Source: Burkholderiales bacterium
GTDB taxonomy: Bacteria > Pseudomonadota > Gammaproteobacteria > Burkholderiales > SG8-39
Assembly: GCA_049582365.1 (NCBI GenBank)
Contig: JBAUTW010000122.1
Location: 26,183-90,182, forward strand
Length of the DNA: 64,000 bases
Reading direction: 5' to 3'
Under the pieces are notes generated by a model. That model did no database searches. It was not told where the DNA came from and saw only the letters and a list, made by a program, of their open reading frames with translations. The position numbers were made by a program, and so were the translations under genes. Shown one piece after another: positions 1 to 12,396 of the stretch. Numbering within the stretch: position 1 is the stretch's first letter; each line of letters starts with the position of its first letter.

Positions 1-811
1 GCGACGCAGTGCCGCTGGCCACCAGGGCGACGTCGGCCGCGGCCAAAGCCTCGTGAGAATGACCGAACAAGAGCGTGAGCGGCAGCTCCCCCCCGGCGTG
101 GTAACGAACTGCCGTCTCGAACAGATCCCGTGTTTCGCGCGTTGCCATGGGGCAGACGAAGTGAATTTCCTTGAATTCCTCGTACAGGCGACGGGCGGTC
201 TTGACGAACGTTTCGGCCATGTAGTGCAGCTCCGATTTTCGGCTTCCCGGCAGCAAAGCGATGATCGGATGCCGCTTCGGCAGCCTGAGCTGCGCCCGCG
301 CCTCGTCCTTGTTTACCTCCAGCGGAATCAAGTCCGCCAGCGGATGGCCGACGTAGGTAACCGGCACGCCGGCCTTTTCATAGAGTGGCGCCTCGAAGGG
401 AAACAGCGTGAGCATATGGGATACGGCCGCCGAGATCTTCCCCATGCGACCGGCGCGCCAAGCCCAGATCGAAGGGCTGACGTAGTGCACGGTAGGGATG
501 CCTGCACCTTTGAGACTACGCTCGAGGTCCAGGTTGAAGTCCGGGGCGTCGACTCCGATGAAGATCGCCGGACGATCTTCGAGCAGGCGCGAAGCGAAGT
601 GCCTTCGGATTCCGGCAATCTCGCGGTAGTGGCGCAGCACCTCTGCATAGCCGCGCACCGACAATTTCTCCATCGGATAAAGCGATTCGAACCCCTCCGC
701 TTGCATCTTCGGGCCGCCGATCCCGGCAAAGCGCAATTCCGGCCGGCGCGCGGAGAGCGCGGCAATGAGGTGCGCGCCCAGCAGGTCGCCCGAGGCCTCG
801 CCGGCAACCAT
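1..811 (-). CDS. lpxB: lipid-A-disaccharide synthase LpxB, N-terminal ~270 aa only (gene runs off the left edge, so it is absent from the ORF track)
   Basis: My own translation of the minus strand from ATG 811-809 gives MVAGEASGDLLGAHLIAALSARRPELRFAGIGGPKMQAEGFESLYPMEKLSVRGYAEVL...VHYVSPSIWAWRAGRMGKI...YVGHPLAD, a canonical LpxB N-terminus. It lies directly downstream of lpxA, as in lpxD-fabZ-lpxA-lpxB clusters. An in-frame GTG at 835-833 is an alternative start. The plus-strand ORF 53..823 is its shadow. Confidence 0.85.
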   Translation of the reverse strand, partial: MVAGEASGDLLGAHLIAALSARRPELRFAGIGGPKMQAEGFESLYPMEKLSVRGYAEVLRHYREIAGIRRHFASRLLEDRPAIFIGVDAPDFNLDLERSLKGAGIPTVHYVSPSIWAWRAGRMGKISAAVSHMLTLFPFEAPLYEKAGVPVTYVGHPLADLIPLEVNKDEARAQLRLPKRHPIIALLPGSRKSELHYMAETFVKTARRLYEEFKEIHFVCPMATRETRDLFETAVRYHAGGELPLTLLFGHSHEALAAADVALVASGTAS

Positions 812-838
812 CGCGACCCCTAGCCGGTCGGCCACGGC

Positions 839-1609
839 TTAGCGGATAATGCCGCGCGCCGAGCGCGCGAGGAATTCGAGGATCGGCCGCACGGCACTGC
901 ACCCCTCGGCAAGCTTCTCCAGCTCGCGCCGCGCCTCCTCCAGGCCGAGCCCTGACCGGTACAGCGCGCGATAGGCGCGCTTCAGCATGGCGATGGTGTC
1001 CGCATCGAACCCGCGCCGCCGCAAGCCTTCGCTGTTGATGCCGTATGGCTTCGCCATATTGCCCGCCGCCATGACATACGGTGGAAGATCCTGCGGCAGG
1101 TAGGTACCCATGCTGGTGAAGCTATGGGCACCGACGCGCACGAATTGGTGCACGAGAGTCATGCCGCCGAGAATTGCCCAGTCCTCGACATGAACGTGGC
1201 CCGCTAGGCCGCAGTAGTTGGCGAATATGGTGTGGCTGCCGATCTGGCAGTCGTGCGCGAAATGCACGTACGCCATGATCCAGTTGTCGTTTCCGATCCT
1301 GGTCACGCCTGCATCCTGGACCGTACCACGGTTGATTGTGACGTATTCCCGAATCGTGTTGTCGTCGCCGATTTCGACCGCCGTATCCTCGCCGGCGTAC
1401 TTCTTGTCCTGAGGCGCGGCACCGATCGAGGCGAACGGGAATATGCGATTGTTTCGTCCGATGCGAGTCCGGCCCTCGATCAAGACGTTTGATTCAACGC
1501 ACGTTCCCGCGCCAATCTCGACCTGGGGGCCGATGATCGCAAAAGGGCCCACCGACACGTCAGATGCCAGCTTCGCATCCGGATGAATTATCGCCGACGG
1601 ATGGATCAT
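839..1609 (-). CDS. lpxA: acyl-ACP--UDP-N-acetylglucosamine O-acyltransferase
   Basis: 256 aa with left-handed beta-helix hexapeptide repeats ([27 protein letters not shown]...) and the LpxA-type C-terminal helical domain. 4-nt start/stop overlap with fabZ. Cluster context supports the call. Confidence 0.95.
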   Translation of the reverse strand: MIHPSAIIHPDAKLASDVSVGPFAIIGPQVEIGAGTCVESNVLIEGRTRIGRNNRIFPFASIGAAPQDKKYAGEDTAVEIGDDNTIREYVTINRGTVQDAGVTRIGNDNWIMAYVHFAHDCQIGSHTIFANYCGLAGHVHVEDWAILGGMTLVHQFVRVGAHSFTSMGTYLPQDLPPYVMAAGNMAKPYGINSEGLRRRGFDADTIAMLKRAYRALYRSGLGLEEARRELEKLAEGCSAVRPILEFLARSARGIIR

Positions 1610-2064
1610 GTGCCCCCGGCGGCGAGCGTGCGGCTAGTACAGAGAATCTCGGCCTCTGCTACGACCCCGCCCGCGACCCGGGCCGCGCATGAGAACTTCC
1701 AGATGCCGCGCTTGCTGCCGATAATCAGGACCTCGATTTCGAGCTGATCCCCTGGAACTACGGGTTTCCTGAAGCGGGCCTTATCGATGCCCGCGTAGTA
1801 ATACAACCCATCCTCCCCCGGCTGCTCTCCCACGGTGCGGAACACCAGAATTGCAGCTGCCTGCGCCATCGCCTCCAGGATCAGCACTCCGGGCATGATC
1901 GGGCGGCCCGGGAAATGGCCCGGGAAATAGGGCTCGTTAACGGAAACGTTCTTCAACGCGACGATCCGCTTGCCTGGTTCGCATTCAGCGACCCGGTCGA
2001 CCATCAGCAACGGAAAGCGCTGCGGCAGGTGCTTGAGCACGTCGTAAACGTCCATCTCAGCCAT
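1606..2064 (-). CDS. fabZ: 3-hydroxyacyl-ACP dehydratase
   Basis: 152 aa with the hot-dog fold motif [23 protein letters not shown]. Sits between lpxD and lpxA. Confidence 0.95.
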   Translation of the reverse strand: MAEMDVYDVLKHLPQRFPLLMVDRVAECEPGKRIVALKNVSVNEPYFPGHFPGRPIMPGVLILEAMAQAAAILVFRTVGEQPGEDGLYYYAGIDKARFRKPVVPGDQLEIEVLIIGSKRGIWKFSCAARVAGGVVAEAEILCTSRTLAAGGT

Positions 2065-3094
2065 TTTCTTCCTTTGTCCGGAGAAGCTCTTCTAGTGCAC
2101 GAACACGGTCTGCGAGCTCGGAAAGGTGGCGCAGCAAGACGGCATTGCGCACCCAGGAGGCATTGCGGTCGAACGGGAAGACGCCGGTATAAGTACCGGG
2201 CTGGCTGATCGAACGCGAGATGAGCGTACCCGCCGAAACATTGACCCGGTCAGCGAGCTTGAGGTGCCCCAGGATCACGGCCGCACCTCCGATCGTGCAG
2301 TGCCGGCCGATGCTGGCGCTGCCGGCTATACCGACGCATCCTGCAATTGCGGTGTGGGCACCGATTCGGACGTTGTGCCCGATCTGAACCTGATTGTCGA
2401 GCTTTACCCCATCCTCGACGATGGTATCGTCGATCGCGCCGCGGTCGATGGTCGTATTGGCGCCGATCTCGACGTCGTCGCCGATGATGACTCCCCCTAT
2501 CTGGGGAATCTTGATCCATTGCCCGGCATCTTCGGCGACGCCGAATCCGTCCGCCCCGATCACCGCGCCGGAGTGGACGATCGCACGCCGTCCAAGACGA
2601 CATTCATGGTAAACAACGGCGCCGGGGTATAACCTGCTGTCCTCGCCGATCGAACTGCCATGCCCGACGTGGCAGCCAGCCCCGATCCAAACCCGTTCGT
2701 CGATATGTGCCTCGTCCTCCACGATTGCGCCTGCGTCGATCCGCGCAGAGGCGGCGACGCGCGCTGCGGGCGAGACCTGCGCCGTCGGATGCCGACCCGG
2801 CTCCGGCGCCAGGACCGGGTTGAACAGCTGGGACACGCGCGCAAAATACGCGTAAGGGTTCTCGCAGATGATTCGCGGAATGTCGGTAAGGCTTTGCGCG
2901 CCCACGCCAAGAACGACGGCGCCCGCGCGTGTGGCCGCGAGCTTCCCTTTGTGCCGGAGATGCGAGAGGAAGGTGATCTGGTCCGCCCCCGCGTGCTCCA
3001 GGGAGCCGACCTGCCGGATCAGAGTATCCGCGTTGCCGACCACGCGGCCGCCGAGGCGCGAGGCGATCTCCGCGAGCGTGTAGGGCACCGGCAT
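2057..3094 (-). CDS. lpxD: UDP-3-O-(3-hydroxyacyl)glucosamine N-acyltransferase
   Basis: 345 aa. N-terminal LpxD domain (TLAEIASRLGG...) followed by long hexapeptide repeats. 8-nt overlap with fabZ. Confidence 0.95.
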   Translation of the reverse strand: MPVPYTLAEIASRLGGRVVGNADTLIRQVGSLEHAGADQITFLSHLRHKGKLAATRAGAVVLGVGAQSLTDIPRIICENPYAYFARVSQLFNPVLAPEPGRHPTAQVSPAARVAASARIDAGAIVEDEAHIDERVWIGAGCHVGHGSSIGEDSRLYPGAVVYHECRLGRRAIVHSGAVIGADGFGVAEDAGQWIKIPQIGGVIIGDDVEIGANTTIDRGAIDDTIVEDGVKLDNQVQIGHNVRIGAHTAIAGCVGIAGSASIGRHCTIGGAAVILGHLKLADRVNVSAGTLISRSISQPGTYTGVFPFDRNASWVRNAVLLRHLSELADRVRALEELLRTKEENG

Positions 3095-3095
3095 G

Positions 3096-3617
3096 TCATT
3101 TCGCGGGCGGCTTGCCCTCCAGCGCCTTGATCACCTTGTCGGTTATGTCGATGCGCGGATTGACATAAACCCCATCCTGAAGGATGGCATCGTAATTTTC
3201 GCGTTCCGCAATTTGCCGGATCACCCGATTCGCCTTGTCGAGCAGCTGCGCCATCTCCTCGTTGCGGCGTTGATTCACCTCGTCTCGGAAGTCCCGGTCC
3301 CTGCGCTGCAGCTCCCGGTTGAGCTCGTTGAATTCGCGCTCCTTGGTGCGGCGCTGCGTGTCCGACATTGTCACGGCATTCTTCTCGAGATCGCTCTGCA
3401 TCTTCTTGAGCTGATCGGCGAGCTTCTGCAAATCCTGCTGCTTCTTGGCAAACTCGCTCTCCAGCCTCTTCGACGCCTGCGCCGCCGGCGCCGAATCACG
3501 CAGGATGCGCTCCGTGTTGACAAAGCCGATCTTCGTCTGGGCAAATGCGGCCGTCGGCACGATGGTCGCCAGCGCAATGGCGACAACGAAAATTCTTGGA
3601 AACCGCATGGTGGTCAT
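3096..3617 (-). CDS. skp: periplasmic chaperone Skp/OmpH
   Basis: I moved the start to the internal ATG at 3617. This gives the signal peptide MTTMRFPRIFVVAIALATIVPTAAFAQ followed by a charged coiled-coil body. The ORF-track start at 3815 would overlap bamA. Position between bamA and lpxD is conserved. Confidence 0.85.
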   Translation of the reverse strand: MTTMRFPRIFVVAIALATIVPTAAFAQTKIGFVNTERILRDSAPAAQASKRLESEFAKKQQDLQKLADQLKKMQSDLEKNAVTMSDTQRRTKEREFNELNRELQRRDRDFRDEVNQRRNEEMAQLLDKANRVIRQIAERENYDAILQDGVYVNPRIDITDKVIKALEGKPPAK

Positions 3618-3630
3618 ATCCGCGTCCAAC

Positions 3631-5913
3631 TCAGAAACCTGTGCCAAAGGTGAATTGTAACCTCTGCACGTTGTCGCCCGGCTTCTTGTTGATCGGAATG
3701 CCCAGCGACAGCCGCAGGGGACCGAATGGAGAGCTCCAGTTGAGCCCCAGGCCGACCGAATAGCGCATTTCGCTGAGCGACACCTTCTCGCCTTCGCCGT
3801 AGACTTGTCCGCCATCCACGAATGCGCTCAGCCGAAGCGATTTGTCGTTTGCGGCGCCCGGCATGGGAAACAGGATTTCGGCGGTACCTACCACTTCGCG
3901 GCTGCCCCCGAGTGCGTTGTTGAGGGGGTCCCTAGGTCCGAGCGAGTACGTTGCGTAGCCTCTTACCGTATCCGGCCCGCCAGCATAGTAGTTCTTGAAG
4001 AACGGCAACGGCTTGTTGCCGATGCCTCCCGCGTAGCCGAGGGTCCCCACCAGACGGAGGGTGTACAGGCGGCTGAGCGGCTTCAGCCACTGCTGCCCGA
4101 AGTTGAGCTTGTAGTATTCCAGGTCCCCTGCGCCCACTTCAAGGCTCACGCGCGAGAGCACCCCGGAGGTGGGGATGATCACGCTGTCCCGCGTGTCGTG
4201 CGCCCATCCCAAGGTCGTCGCACCATAGGTGTATTTGTCGCCGAACTTGTCGGCAAAATCGGTGTAGACGAACGGGCTGTTCGAGTATGTGGTCAGCTTC
4301 ACGTCCTCCGCGTTGAAGCCCACGCTGACTGAATCCGCCTCGCTTAGCGGATATCCGAATTTGATTCCCGCGCCGATTGTCTTGGTCTGGTAGGCGCCGA
4401 CAAGGAGCGTGGAAGCGTCCACGTCGCGCCTGTAGATATCGAACCCTTGACTGATGCCATCGACCGTGTAGTACGGATTGACGTATGACAACGAATACGT
4501 CTTGTTCACGCTGCCGCTGTTTAGCTGCAAGGACAGGTACTTGCCGCTGCCGAAAACGTTGGGCTGCGTGATCGAAGCGGAAATTATGACCTTGTCGACG
4601 CTCGAAAAGCCTGCACCGAGCAGCAGCGCTCCGGTCGGTTTCTCCTGCACCGTGAAATCGACGTCCACCTGGTCGGACCTCCCCTCCACCGGCTGGGTGT
4701 TTACCGTGACATCCGAGAAGTATCCCGTCCGGTCGATGCGTTGGCGCGAAAGCTGGATCTTGGCCGCATCGTAGTAGGCTCCCTCGAGCTGCCGCATTTC
4801 GCGCCGCACCACTTCATCGCGCGTCCGCGTGTTGCCGCTCACCAGAATCCTGCGCACGTAGACTCGCCTGCCGGGATCGATCAAAATCGTAAATGCGACG
4901 GTGCGTTTTGTCTTGTCAATCTGGGGCACGGCATTCGCGTTCGCGAATGCGTATCCATCGTTGCCTAGCCGTTCGGTGATCGCTTTCGTAGTCTCGTTCA
5001 GCTGCGCGCGCGAAAAGACGTCACCTGGCTTGATCTTGATGAGCTTCCTCAATTCAGCCTCTGGCACGAGCATCTGCCCGGCCAGCTTCACGTCGGAGAC
5101 CGTGTACCTTTCTCCCTCCGTGACATTCACTGTGATGTAGATGTCCCGTTTATCGGGGGTAATCGATACTTGGGTGGAATCAATGTTGAAATCCAGATAG
5201 CCGCGATCCAAATAGAAAGAGCGTAGCGTTTCCAGGTCGCCCGCCAGACGCTGGCGGGAATATTGGTCGTTCTTGGTGTACCAAGTGAGCCATCCCGGAG
5301 TCCGAAGGACGAATAGCCCGAGCAGATCCTTCTCCGGAAAGGCATGCGCGCCGACGATATTGATCGACCGGATCTTCGCGACGTCGCCTTCGGTAACCGC
5401 GATATTTATCCCAACGCGATTACGCTCCAAAGGCGTTACCGTGGTCTGGACCTCTGCCGCGTAGCGCCCCTTCGACAGGTACTGGCGCTTGAGTTCCTGT
5501 TCTGCCTTGTCAAGCACCGCACGATCGAAGATGCGTCCTTCGGCGAGCCCCTGCTCGCGCAGCACTTTCTTCAATGCTTCAGCGCTGAATTCCTTGACAC
5601 CGGAGAAGTCGATCTGCGCGATCGCGGGACGCTCCTCGACGACCACCACCAGGACGTCCTTATCGACCTCCAGCCGCACGTCCTTGAAGAATCCGGTGGC
5701 GAACAGTGCGCGCACTGCCTGCTGCGCCTTCGCCTCAGTCATCGTCTCGCCCACTTTGACGGGGAGGTAGCTGAACACCGTCCCGGGTTCAGTCCGCTGC
5801 AATCCCTCGAGACGGATATCCTTGATTACGAACGGGCTGAACGTCTGCGCCGCAACGCTCATCGCGAACGCAAACAGGCCGCAGCCGAGCGCGCGGAGTA
5901 GTCCTTTGCGCAT
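3631..5913 (-). CDS. bamA: outer membrane protein assembly factor BamA
   Basis: 760 aa. Signal peptide, POTRA repeats ([19 protein letters not shown]...), and a C-terminal beta-barrel ending ...[10 protein letters not shown] with a terminal aromatic residue. Confidence 0.95.
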   Translation of the reverse strand: MRKGLLRALGCGLFAFAMSVAAQTFSPFVIKDIRLEGLQRTEPGTVFSYLPVKVGETMTEAKAQQAVRALFATGFFKDVRLEVDKDVLVVVVEERPAIAQIDFSGVKEFSAEALKKVLREQGLAEGRIFDRAVLDKAEQELKRQYLSKGRYAAEVQTTVTPLERNRVGINIAVTEGDVAKIRSINIVGAHAFPEKDLLGLFVLRTPGWLTWYTKNDQYSRQRLAGDLETLRSFYLDRGYLDFNIDSTQVSITPDKRDIYITVNVTEGERYTVSDVKLAGQMLVPEAELRKLIKIKPGDVFSRAQLNETTKAITERLGNDGYAFANANAVPQIDKTKRTVAFTILIDPGRRVYVRRILVSGNTRTRDEVVRREMRQLEGAYYDAAKIQLSRQRIDRTGYFSDVTVNTQPVEGRSDQVDVDFTVQEKPTGALLLGAGFSSVDKVIISASITQPNVFGSGKYLSLQLNSGSVNKTYSLSYVNPYYTVDGISQGFDIYRRDVDASTLLVGAYQTKTIGAGIKFGYPLSEADSVSVGFNAEDVKLTTYSNSPFVYTDFADKFGDKYTYGATTLGWAHDTRDSVIIPTSGVLSRVSLEVGAGDLEYYKLNFGQQWLKPLSRLYTLRLVGTLGYAGGIGNKPLPFFKNYYAGGPDTVRGYATYSLGPRDPLNNALGGSREVVGTAEILFPMPGAANDKSLRLSAFVDGGQVYGEGEKVSLSEMRYSVGLGLNWSSPFGPLRLSLGIPINKKPGDNVQRLQFTFGTGF

Positions 5914-5916
5914 CGA

Positions 5917-7281
5917 TCAGCCGGAGAGCAGGCGATTCAGGTCGTTGTAAAACGCAAAGGCCATCATGACCAGCAGTAGCGTCAGCCCAACGCGCTGACC
6001 GAGTTCCATCGCACGATCTGAAACCGGGCTGCCCTTTATTATCTCCACCGTATAGTACATCAAGTGTCCGCCATCGAGCAGCGGGATCGGCAACAGGTTG
6101 AGAACGCCGAGGCTAATGCTGATCAATGCGAGAAAATTGACGTACGGGATCCATCCCATTTGCGCAGATTGCCCGGCGAAATCGGCAATCGTCACGGGGC
6201 CCGAAAGATTCCGCCAGGACACTTCGCCGACCAACATCTTGCCGATCATTCTCAAGCTGAAGACGGCGATGTCATAGGTCTTTCCCGCCGCCTTGATCAA
6301 GCTTTCCAACGGGCCATAGTGAACCTGCACCAGCATGCGATCGGCGTGAGATGGAGGGACATACGGCGCCGCGCCGATGCGGCCGAACTTTTCCCCGTTG
6401 GACTCGACTGCCTCCGGCCGCACTTCGAGCCGAAGGGTTGCGCCACCGCGGGAGACATCGAGCATGAGCGCCTTATCCGGACTTGCGCGGATCACATGCA
6501 CCAAGCCTTCCCAGGTCTCGACCGAAACACCGTCCACACGGATGATGCGATCCCCGGGCGCGAGCCCGGCATGCTCCGCAGGGCTGCCAGCAACCAGTCT
6601 TCCGAGTACTGGTTCCAGCGTCGGGCGGAAGAGCTGCAGGCCCAAGCGCGCGAGGAGGTCACCCTCGACCTCGTTGTCGGTCACGGCGCGCAGATCGAGT
6701 GTCAGCATCGATATATGCTGATGCTCATCGATGGCCTCGACCGATAGCACCTCGTGCTGCAGGGCTGCTTCGAGCACGCGCCACCTGACCTCTCCCCACG
6801 TTCTTACGGGCTTGCCGTCAATCGCCCGCAGCGTCTCCCCCGCGCGAAAGCCTGCTTGCGCCGCAAGCGTGCCTGCCGGGGGCTGCGCGATGACCGGGCG
6901 CACTTCGGGCAAGCCATGCATGAACAGGACCGCGTAGACGACCACCGCGAAGATGAAATTGAATACCGGCCCCGCCACAACCACCAGAAAGCGCTTCCAC
7001 ACAGTCTGCCGGTTGAACGCCCGTGGCAGGTCCTGCGCCGCGACGAAACCTTCACGCTCATCCAGCATCTTGACGTAGCCGCCGAAAGGCACCGCGGCGA
7101 GCGTCCATTCCGTTCCGTCTCGTGCATGACGCCAGGTCGCAATCGGCTTGCCGAAACCGACCGAGAATCGCAGCACTTTTATGTTGCAAAGTCGCGCCGC
7201 AAGGTAATGCCCGTACTCGTGTACAACGATGAGAATACCGAGTGCCACGGCGAACGCGACCACGGTGTGCAGGAAGCTCAT
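5917..7281 (-). CDS. rseP: RIP metalloprotease RseP (site-2 protease, M50)
   Basis: 454 aa with HEYGHY zinc motif, PDZ region, and [11 protein letters not shown] motif. Conserved position between dxr/cdsA and bamA. Confidence 0.9.
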   Translation of the reverse strand: MSFLHTVVAFAVALGILIVVHEYGHYLAARLCNIKVLRFSVGFGKPIATWRHARDGTEWTLAAVPFGGYVKMLDEREGFVAAQDLPRAFNRQTVWKRFLVVVAGPVFNFIFAVVVYAVLFMHGLPEVRPVIAQPPAGTLAAQAGFRAGETLRAIDGKPVRTWGEVRWRVLEAALQHEVLSVEAIDEHQHISMLTLDLRAVTDNEVEGDLLARLGLQLFRPTLEPVLGRLVAGSPAEHAGLAPGDRIIRVDGVSVETWEGLVHVIRASPDKALMLDVSRGGATLRLEVRPEAVESNGEKFGRIGAAPYVPPSHADRMLVQVHYGPLESLIKAAGKTYDIAVFSLRMIGKMLVGEVSWRNLSGPVTIADFAGQSAQMGWIPYVNFLALISISLGVLNLLPIPLLDGGHLMYYTVEIIKGSPVSDRAMELGQRVGLTLLLVMMAFAFYNDLNRLLSG

Positions 7282-8507
7282 GCGGCCCGCCCCATCATTC
7301 GCGCGACGGTCGAAACCGCCGCCGCGCGCCCGCGCGCGTCGGCGGCGAGAACGCTAGCCAGGTCGCCGGTGGCGCCCGCCGGCACCGAATCGAGCGCAGC
7401 CTCGATGACCTCCGGAATGCGGGTAAAGCGCAGTCGGCCCGCCAGGAATGACTCGACAGCAATTTCGTTCGCCGCGTTCAATATCGCTGCGGCGGCGCCG
7501 CCCTCGCGCAGCGCCGCATAGGCGAGCGCCAGGCAGGGAAATCTGCCGAAATCAGGTCGCTCGAACGACAATTGCCCGATCGCACTCAGGTCTAGCGGAC
7601 TTGCACCTGAATCGATCCGGTCCGGGAATCCGAGTGCGTGCGCGATCGGCACCCGCATATCCGGATTCGAAAGCTGAGCGATCATCGAGCCATCCACGTA
7701 TTCGACCAGCGAATGAATGATGCTTTGGGGATGGATGACAACTTCGATCTGTTCAGGTTCCACGTCGAACAGCCAATGTGCCTCGATGACCTCCAGCCCC
7801 TTGTTCATCATGGTCGCCGAATCTACTGAAATCTTCCGCCCCATTACCCAGTTGGGATGAGCACAGGCTTGGTCCGGCGTTACCCCCGCGAGCCTGTCGA
7901 GCGGAACCGAGCGGAATGGACCGCCCGAAGCCGTGAGCAGGATTCTCCGCACTGCCTCCAGCATGGGCCTCGCATGCGCTCCGTGAGGCAGGCACTGGAA
8001 CACTGCATTGTGCTCGCTGTCGATCGGAAGCAATTCCGCGCCGGCGTCGCGTGCCGCATTCATGAAAAGGGCACCAGCCATGACCAGCGCTTCCTTGTTT
8101 GCGAGCAATACGCGTTTTCCTGCGCCTGCGGCCGCAAGCGTCGGCGCCAAACCCGCCGCGCCGACAATAGCCGCCATCACGACATCCGAGTCCACGCTGG
8201 CCGCAACCTGCTCGAGGGCCTTGCTACCGAATAGCAGCTCGCAACGGCAGCCTGCCTCGGCAAAGCGCTTCCTGACAACGGAACTCTCGTCGAAGCCGGA
8301 TAGAACTGCGTAGCGCGGCTGGTGCCGGACGCACAGCTCGCGCAGCGCGTCTGCGGACCGGTGAGCGGTCAAAGCGAATATCGAATATCTGTCGCCATGG
8401 CGCGCGACGACATCGAGCGTGCTCGCGCCGACAGATCCCGTCGCGCCCAGGACAGTAAGCCCGAGGGTGCGCCGGCTGCGCTTCGTTCGTGGTTCAGTCG
8501 CGCTCAC
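7278..8507 (-). CDS. dxr: 1-deoxy-D-xylulose-5-phosphate reductoisomerase
   Basis: 409 aa with the [16 protein letters not shown]-binding motif and good Dxr-like sequence throughout. The GTG start forms a GTGA overlap with the cdsA stop. Confidence 0.93.
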   Translation of the reverse strand: MSATEPRTKRSRRTLGLTVLGATGSVGASTLDVVARHGDRYSIFALTAHRSADALRELCVRHQPRYAVLSGFDESSVVRKRFAEAGCRCELLFGSKALEQVAASVDSDVVMAAIVGAAGLAPTLAAAGAGKRVLLANKEALVMAGALFMNAARDAGAELLPIDSEHNAVFQCLPHGAHARPMLEAVRRILLTASGGPFRSVPLDRLAGVTPDQACAHPNWVMGRKISVDSATMMNKGLEVIEAHWLFDVEPEQIEVVIHPQSIIHSLVEYVDGSMIAQLSNPDMRVPIAHALGFPDRIDSGASPLDLSAIGQLSFERPDFGRFPCLALAYAALREGGAAAAILNAANEIAVESFLAGRLRFTRIPEVIEAALDSVPAGATGDLASVLAADARGRAAAVSTVARMMGRAA

Positions 8508-9322
8508 GTCCCTGTCATCCAGTGCAATAGCAACGCAGCAATCGGAAGCACGGCTGTCGCACTATCTATCCGATCCAGCACGCCCCCATGACCCGGAAGC
8601 AGTGCGCCGCTGTCCTTGACCGATGCTTGCCGTTTAAGCGCCGATTCAAACAGGTCGCCGAGAACGCTTGCAAGCAACAGCACTTCAGCGCCCACCAGAT
8701 ACCCTATCCAGACTGTACCCTTTACGCGTTCAGCAAGCTGCGGGACCAGTATCGCGCAAATGATAGCGTAGGCCGCGGTCGCCAAGGCAGCGCCGGCCAC
8801 GCCCTCCCAGGTCTTTCCGGGGCTGATGCCGGGCGCGAGTTTGTGCCGACCGAGCTTCCGTCCCGTGAAATAGGCGGCCGTGTCCGATACCCATACCAGG
8901 CCCAGCGCCAGCAGGAGATTCATTCGCAGCATGACCACCATAGCCAGCCCCGCGGGTAGCAGGACGCAGAACCCGGCTACTCGCAACAACCACTTTGGAC
9001 GATCGCGCACGCCGGCGCGCAACCAGGCCGGCACGCTACCCAGCCACAGCAGCGTTGCACCGCCGAATATGGTTTGTTGCGCGACCCAGCCTTGTTCGAC
9101 TAGATGAAGCATCCACAACGAGGCCGCAAGAGCCAGGGTCATCGTGACCGAATACAATGCTGCCTGGCCCGGCGCGAAATGGGAAAGTTTTCCCCACTCG
9201 AATGCGCCCAGGCAGACCAGCACCGCCACCAGCACGGCGAACTGGTTTCGGCCCAGCAGGATGAGGGCCGCGCCGAAGGCAACCAGGAGTACGACCGATG
9301 TCAGGATTCTAGTCGAAAGCAA
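8504..9322 (-). CDS. cdsA: phosphatidate cytidylyltransferase
   Basis: 272 aa polytopic membrane protein with the C-terminal signature [14 protein letters not shown] start 5 nt after the uppS stop. Confidence 0.9.
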   Translation of the reverse strand: MLSTRILTSVVLLVAFGAALILLGRNQFAVLVAVLVCLGAFEWGKLSHFAPGQAALYSVTMTLALAASLWMLHLVEQGWVAQQTIFGGATLLWLGSVPAWLRAGVRDRPKWLLRVAGFCVLLPAGLAMVVMLRMNLLLALGLVWVSDTAAYFTGRKLGRHKLAPGISPGKTWEGVAGAALATAAYAIICAILVPQLAERVKGTVWIGYLVGAEVLLLASVLGDLFESALKRQASVKDSGALLPGHGGVLDRIDSATAVLPIAALLLHWMTGT

Positions 9323-9327
9323 ACCGC

Positions 9328-10125
9328 TCAGGCCGCTGCTCCGGCGGCTGGCTCCGAACCGGACACGGCACCTCCCTCGCCAAGCTGCTCACTGGTGCGA
9401 CCGTAGCGACGCTCACGCCGCCGATACGATTCGATCGCGGCCTGCAACGCGTTCGCATCGAAGTCCGGCCACAGGGTATCGGTGAAATACAGCTCCGTGT
9501 AGGCCAGCTGCCACAGGAGAAAGTTACTCACTCTCTGTTCTCCGCCCGTACGAATGAACAGGTCGGGCTCTGGCGCATAGCTCATTGTCAGATACGGTGC
9601 GACTGCCTCTTCCTCTATCGGGCCCAACGCGACTGCCGGTTGCTCGCGCAGTAGCTTCGACAGGGCCTGGAGAATATCCCATCGGCCGCCGTAATTCGCT
9701 GCGATGGTCAGCGTCAAGCCCGTATTGTTCGCCGTCAGTGCCTCGCCACGTTCGATCAGAGCCCGGATCTTTGGATCGAATCGCTGCGTATCGCCGACCA
9801 ATTTCAAGCGGATGCCATTGCGGTGCAGCTTCTCGACTTCGTTGCTCAAAGCACCATGGAACAGCTGTATTAGCAGCGCCACCTCGTCCGGGGGGCGGCG
9901 CCAATTCTCGGAGCTGAAGGCGAACAGGGTAAGGTACTCCACGCCAAGCTGGGCGCAAGCCTTGACCACTGCCCGCACGGATTCGACGCCGCGCTTGTGT
10001 CCCGCGAATCGCGGCAGATGGCGTTGCCTGGCCCAGCGACCGTTTCCGTCCATGATGATGGCGATGTGCCGCGGCAGATCGCCGTGGACCGGAATTTCCC
10101 GGGTCGAACTCGCGTGTTTGCTCAT
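9328..10125 (-). CDS. uppS: ditrans,polycis-undecaprenyl-diphosphate synthase
   Basis: 265 aa with [13 protein letters not shown] and the ...[23 protein letters not shown] motifs. Confidence 0.95.
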   Translation of the reverse strand: MSKHASSTREIPVHGDLPRHIAIIMDGNGRWARQRHLPRFAGHKRGVESVRAVVKACAQLGVEYLTLFAFSSENWRRPPDEVALLIQLFHGALSNEVEKLHRNGIRLKLVGDTQRFDPKIRALIERGEALTANNTGLTLTIAANYGGRWDILQALSKLLREQPAVALGPIEEEAVAPYLTMSYAPEPDLFIRTGGEQRVSNFLLWQLAYTELYFTDTLWPDFDANALQAAIESYRRRERRYGRTSEQLGEGGAVSGSEPAAGAAA

Positions 10126-10132
10126 CGCAGCC

Positions 10133-10690
10133 TCATACCGCCATCAGTTCACTTTCCTTCTGTTGCAGGAGGGCATCGATCTCCGCCACATGACGGTCAG
10201 TAAGCTTCTGCACTTCGTCCTGGGCGCGGCGCTCGTCGTTTTCCGACACTTCCTTCTTCTTGAGCGCTTCCTTGAGTGCGTGATTCGCGTCGCGCCGCAA
10301 GTTGCGGACCGCGACCCTGGCATTCTCCGCCTCATGACGCACCACCTTGATGAGCTCCTTGCGCCGCTCCTCGGTAAGCGCAGGCATGGGAACCCGTATG
10401 GTCTCGCCCATGGCGGCGGGGTTGAGTCCCAGATCAGATTCTCGAATCGCTTTTTCCACAGCTTGCACCATCTTCTTCTCGAACGGCGAGACCCCGATAG
10501 TGCGTGCATCGAGCAGAGTGACCTTTGCCACCTGGTTCAAAGGTGTTGGCGTGCCGTAATAATCGATCGTGACGTGATCTAGGATACCGGTATGCGCGCG
10601 TCCGGTTCGCACCTTTGAAAGATCCGACTTAAACGCGTCGATGCTCTTCCCCATCCTCTGCTCGGTGCTCTTCTTGAGTTCCGGAATCAT
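10133..10690 (-). CDS. frr: ribosome recycling factor
   Basis: Start re-set to ATG 10690 ([21 protein letters not shown]...), preceded by AAGGAGG 6 nt upstream. 185 aa, the typical RRF length. Confidence 0.95.
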   Translation of the reverse strand: MIPELKKSTEQRMGKSIDAFKSDLSKVRTGRAHTGILDHVTIDYYGTPTPLNQVAKVTLLDARTIGVSPFEKKMVQAVEKAIRESDLGLNPAAMGETIRVPMPALTEERRKELIKVVRHEAENARVAVRNLRRDANHALKEALKKKEVSENDERRAQDEVQKLTDRHVAEIDALLQQKESELMAV

Positions 10691-10709
10691 ATCGGCCTCC
10701 TTTGCAGCC

Positions 10710-11423
10710 TCACACGTGCACGAGCGTGCCCTCGTCATCGCCGAGAACCACTCGCTTCAATGCGCCCTTCTTGAAGATGCTGAAAACGTTGATCGGAAGC
10801 TTCTGGTCGCGACAAAGTGTAAGTGCAGTCGCATCCATTACCCTGAGGTTTCGGGCGATCGCTTCGTCGAAGCTGATCCGGCCGTATCGCTTCGCCCCCG
10901 CATCCTTCTTCGGATCGGCGGTGTACACGCCGTCGACCTTGGTCGCCTTGATTACGATCTCGGCACCCATTTCGCTTCCTCGCAGGGCCGCAGCAGTGTC
11001 AGTGGTGAAGAACGGGTTCCCCGTGCCCGCCGCGAAGATCACGATTTTGCCCTCTTCCAGGTAGCGAATCGCCTTGCCGCGGATGTAGGGCTCAACAATT
11101 TGCTCAACGTTCAGTGCCGACTGAACCCGGCTCGCCAGTCCGGCGTGGCGCATGGCGTCCTGCAACGCCAGCGCGTTCATGACAGTAGCAAGCATTCCCA
11201 TGTAATCCGCCGTGGCGCGATCCATGCCTGAGGCACCGGGCGCTACGCCGCGGAAGATATTGCCGCCGCCGATCACGACGCCGATTTCAACGCCCATGCC
11301 CGCGACCTGCGCGATCTCTGCGACGATGTCTTGAATCGTCTGGCGATTGATCCCGTAGGGATCGCTCCCCATCAGGGCTTCGCCGGAAAGCTTCAGCAGT
11401 ATGCGCTTGTACTTGGGTTCCAA
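10710..11423 (-). CDS. pyrH: UMP kinase
   Basis: [17 protein letters not shown]-terminal motif. I place the start at TTG 11423, with GGAGA 9 nt upstream, giving 237 aa. The ORF-track start at 11498 would overlap tsf and add an Arg-rich non-homologous extension. Confidence 0.88.
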   Translation of the reverse strand: MEPKYKRILLKLSGEALMGSDPYGINRQTIQDIVAEIAQVAGMGVEIGVVIGGGNIFRGVAPGASGMDRATADYMGMLATVMNALALQDAMRHAGLASRVQSALNVEQIVEPYIRGKAIRYLEEGKIVIFAAGTGNPFFTTDTAAALRGSEMGAEIVIKATKVDGVYTADPKKDAGAKRYGRISFDEAIARNLRVMDATALTLCRDQKLPINVFSIFKKGALKRVVLGDDEGTLVHV

Positions 11424-11457
11424 GGCTTTGAATCTCCGGCGCGGTGGCTGTACTCGG

Positions 11458-12336
11458 CTAGCGCGCCAATCCCGCCTGCGCCTCGACTTCCGCCGCAAAA
11501 TTGTTCGACTTCTTTTCGATTCCCTCGCCGACGACGATATATCTGTACCCGTGCACTTTGGCTTTGTTAGCGGCCAGCATCTTCTCGACGGTTTGCTTGT
11601 CGTCCTTCACGAACGGCTGCCCGAGCAAGGCGATCTCACCGAGGAACTTGTTCACCCCGCCTTCGACCATCCTGGTCACGATTTCATCCGGTTTGCCCGA
11701 TTCCTTAGCCCGCGCCGCAAGGATGTCGCGCTCGCGTGCCAACACGTTCGCGGGCACATCAGCCTTGGCAAGATACGCAGGCCTGGTGAACGCAATGTGC
11801 ATCGCGAGGTCCTTGCCGACCTGTTCCGGACCCTCGTAATCCACGATTACACCGATCTTGGCACCGTGCAGATATAGCGCGAGACGCGACGCGGTCCGCA
11901 GGCGTTCGAATCGGCGAATGGAGATGTTCTCGCCGATCTTTTGCACCAGGCCTTGCCTGTGCTCCTCCACTTTGGCGCCATCGAGATCCAGAGAAGACAG
12001 CGCAGCGACGTTCGCCGGATCGGCATTCGCAATCAACTCTGCCACGCGGTTGGCGAAGGACAAAAAATCCTCGTTTTTCGCCACAAAGTCCGTTTCGCAG
12101 TTGACCTCGACCAGCGCACCCAGACGGGCGTCCGGCGAAAGAAAAGTACCCACGATGCCTTCCGCCGCTATTCGCCCAGCCGCCTTGCTCGCCTTGGCGC
12201 CGCTCTTGATCCGCAAAAGCTCTTCCGCTTTCTCCAGGTCGCCTGCAGTCTCGCTAAGTGCCTTCTTGCATTCCATCATGCCGAGCCCGGTGATTTCCCG
12301 AAGTTGTTTCACCAGGCCAGCTGAAATCTCTGCCAT
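11458..12336 (-). CDS. tsf: translation elongation factor Ts
   Basis: Start re-set to ATG 12336 ([30 protein letters not shown]-like N-terminus), with AGGAG upstream. 292 aa. Confidence 0.95.
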   Translation of the reverse strand: MAEISAGLVKQLREITGLGMMECKKALSETAGDLEKAEELLRIKSGAKASKAAGRIAAEGIVGTFLSPDARLGALVEVNCETDFVAKNEDFLSFANRVAELIANADPANVAALSSLDLDGAKVEEHRQGLVQKIGENISIRRFERLRTASRLALYLHGAKIGVIVDYEGPEQVGKDLAMHIAFTRPAYLAKADVPANVLARERDILAARAKESGKPDEIVTRMVEGGVNKFLGEIALLGQPFVKDDKQTVEKMLAANKAKVHGYRYIVVGEGIEKKSNNFAAEVEAQAGLAR

Positions 12337-12396
12337 TGCCGACTGCTCCTTGCCAGGGGCTGCGTAGCCCAGATTGGTCAAATTCAAGTTCCAGGT

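Noticed and set aside
53-823. 256-aa plus-strand ORF and two minus-strand ORFs (328..807, 516..902) at the left edge.
   Set aside because: The real gene is lpxB in a third minus-strand frame, which is open to the window edge and has a clear LpxB translation. The listed ORFs are Arg-rich frame shadows.
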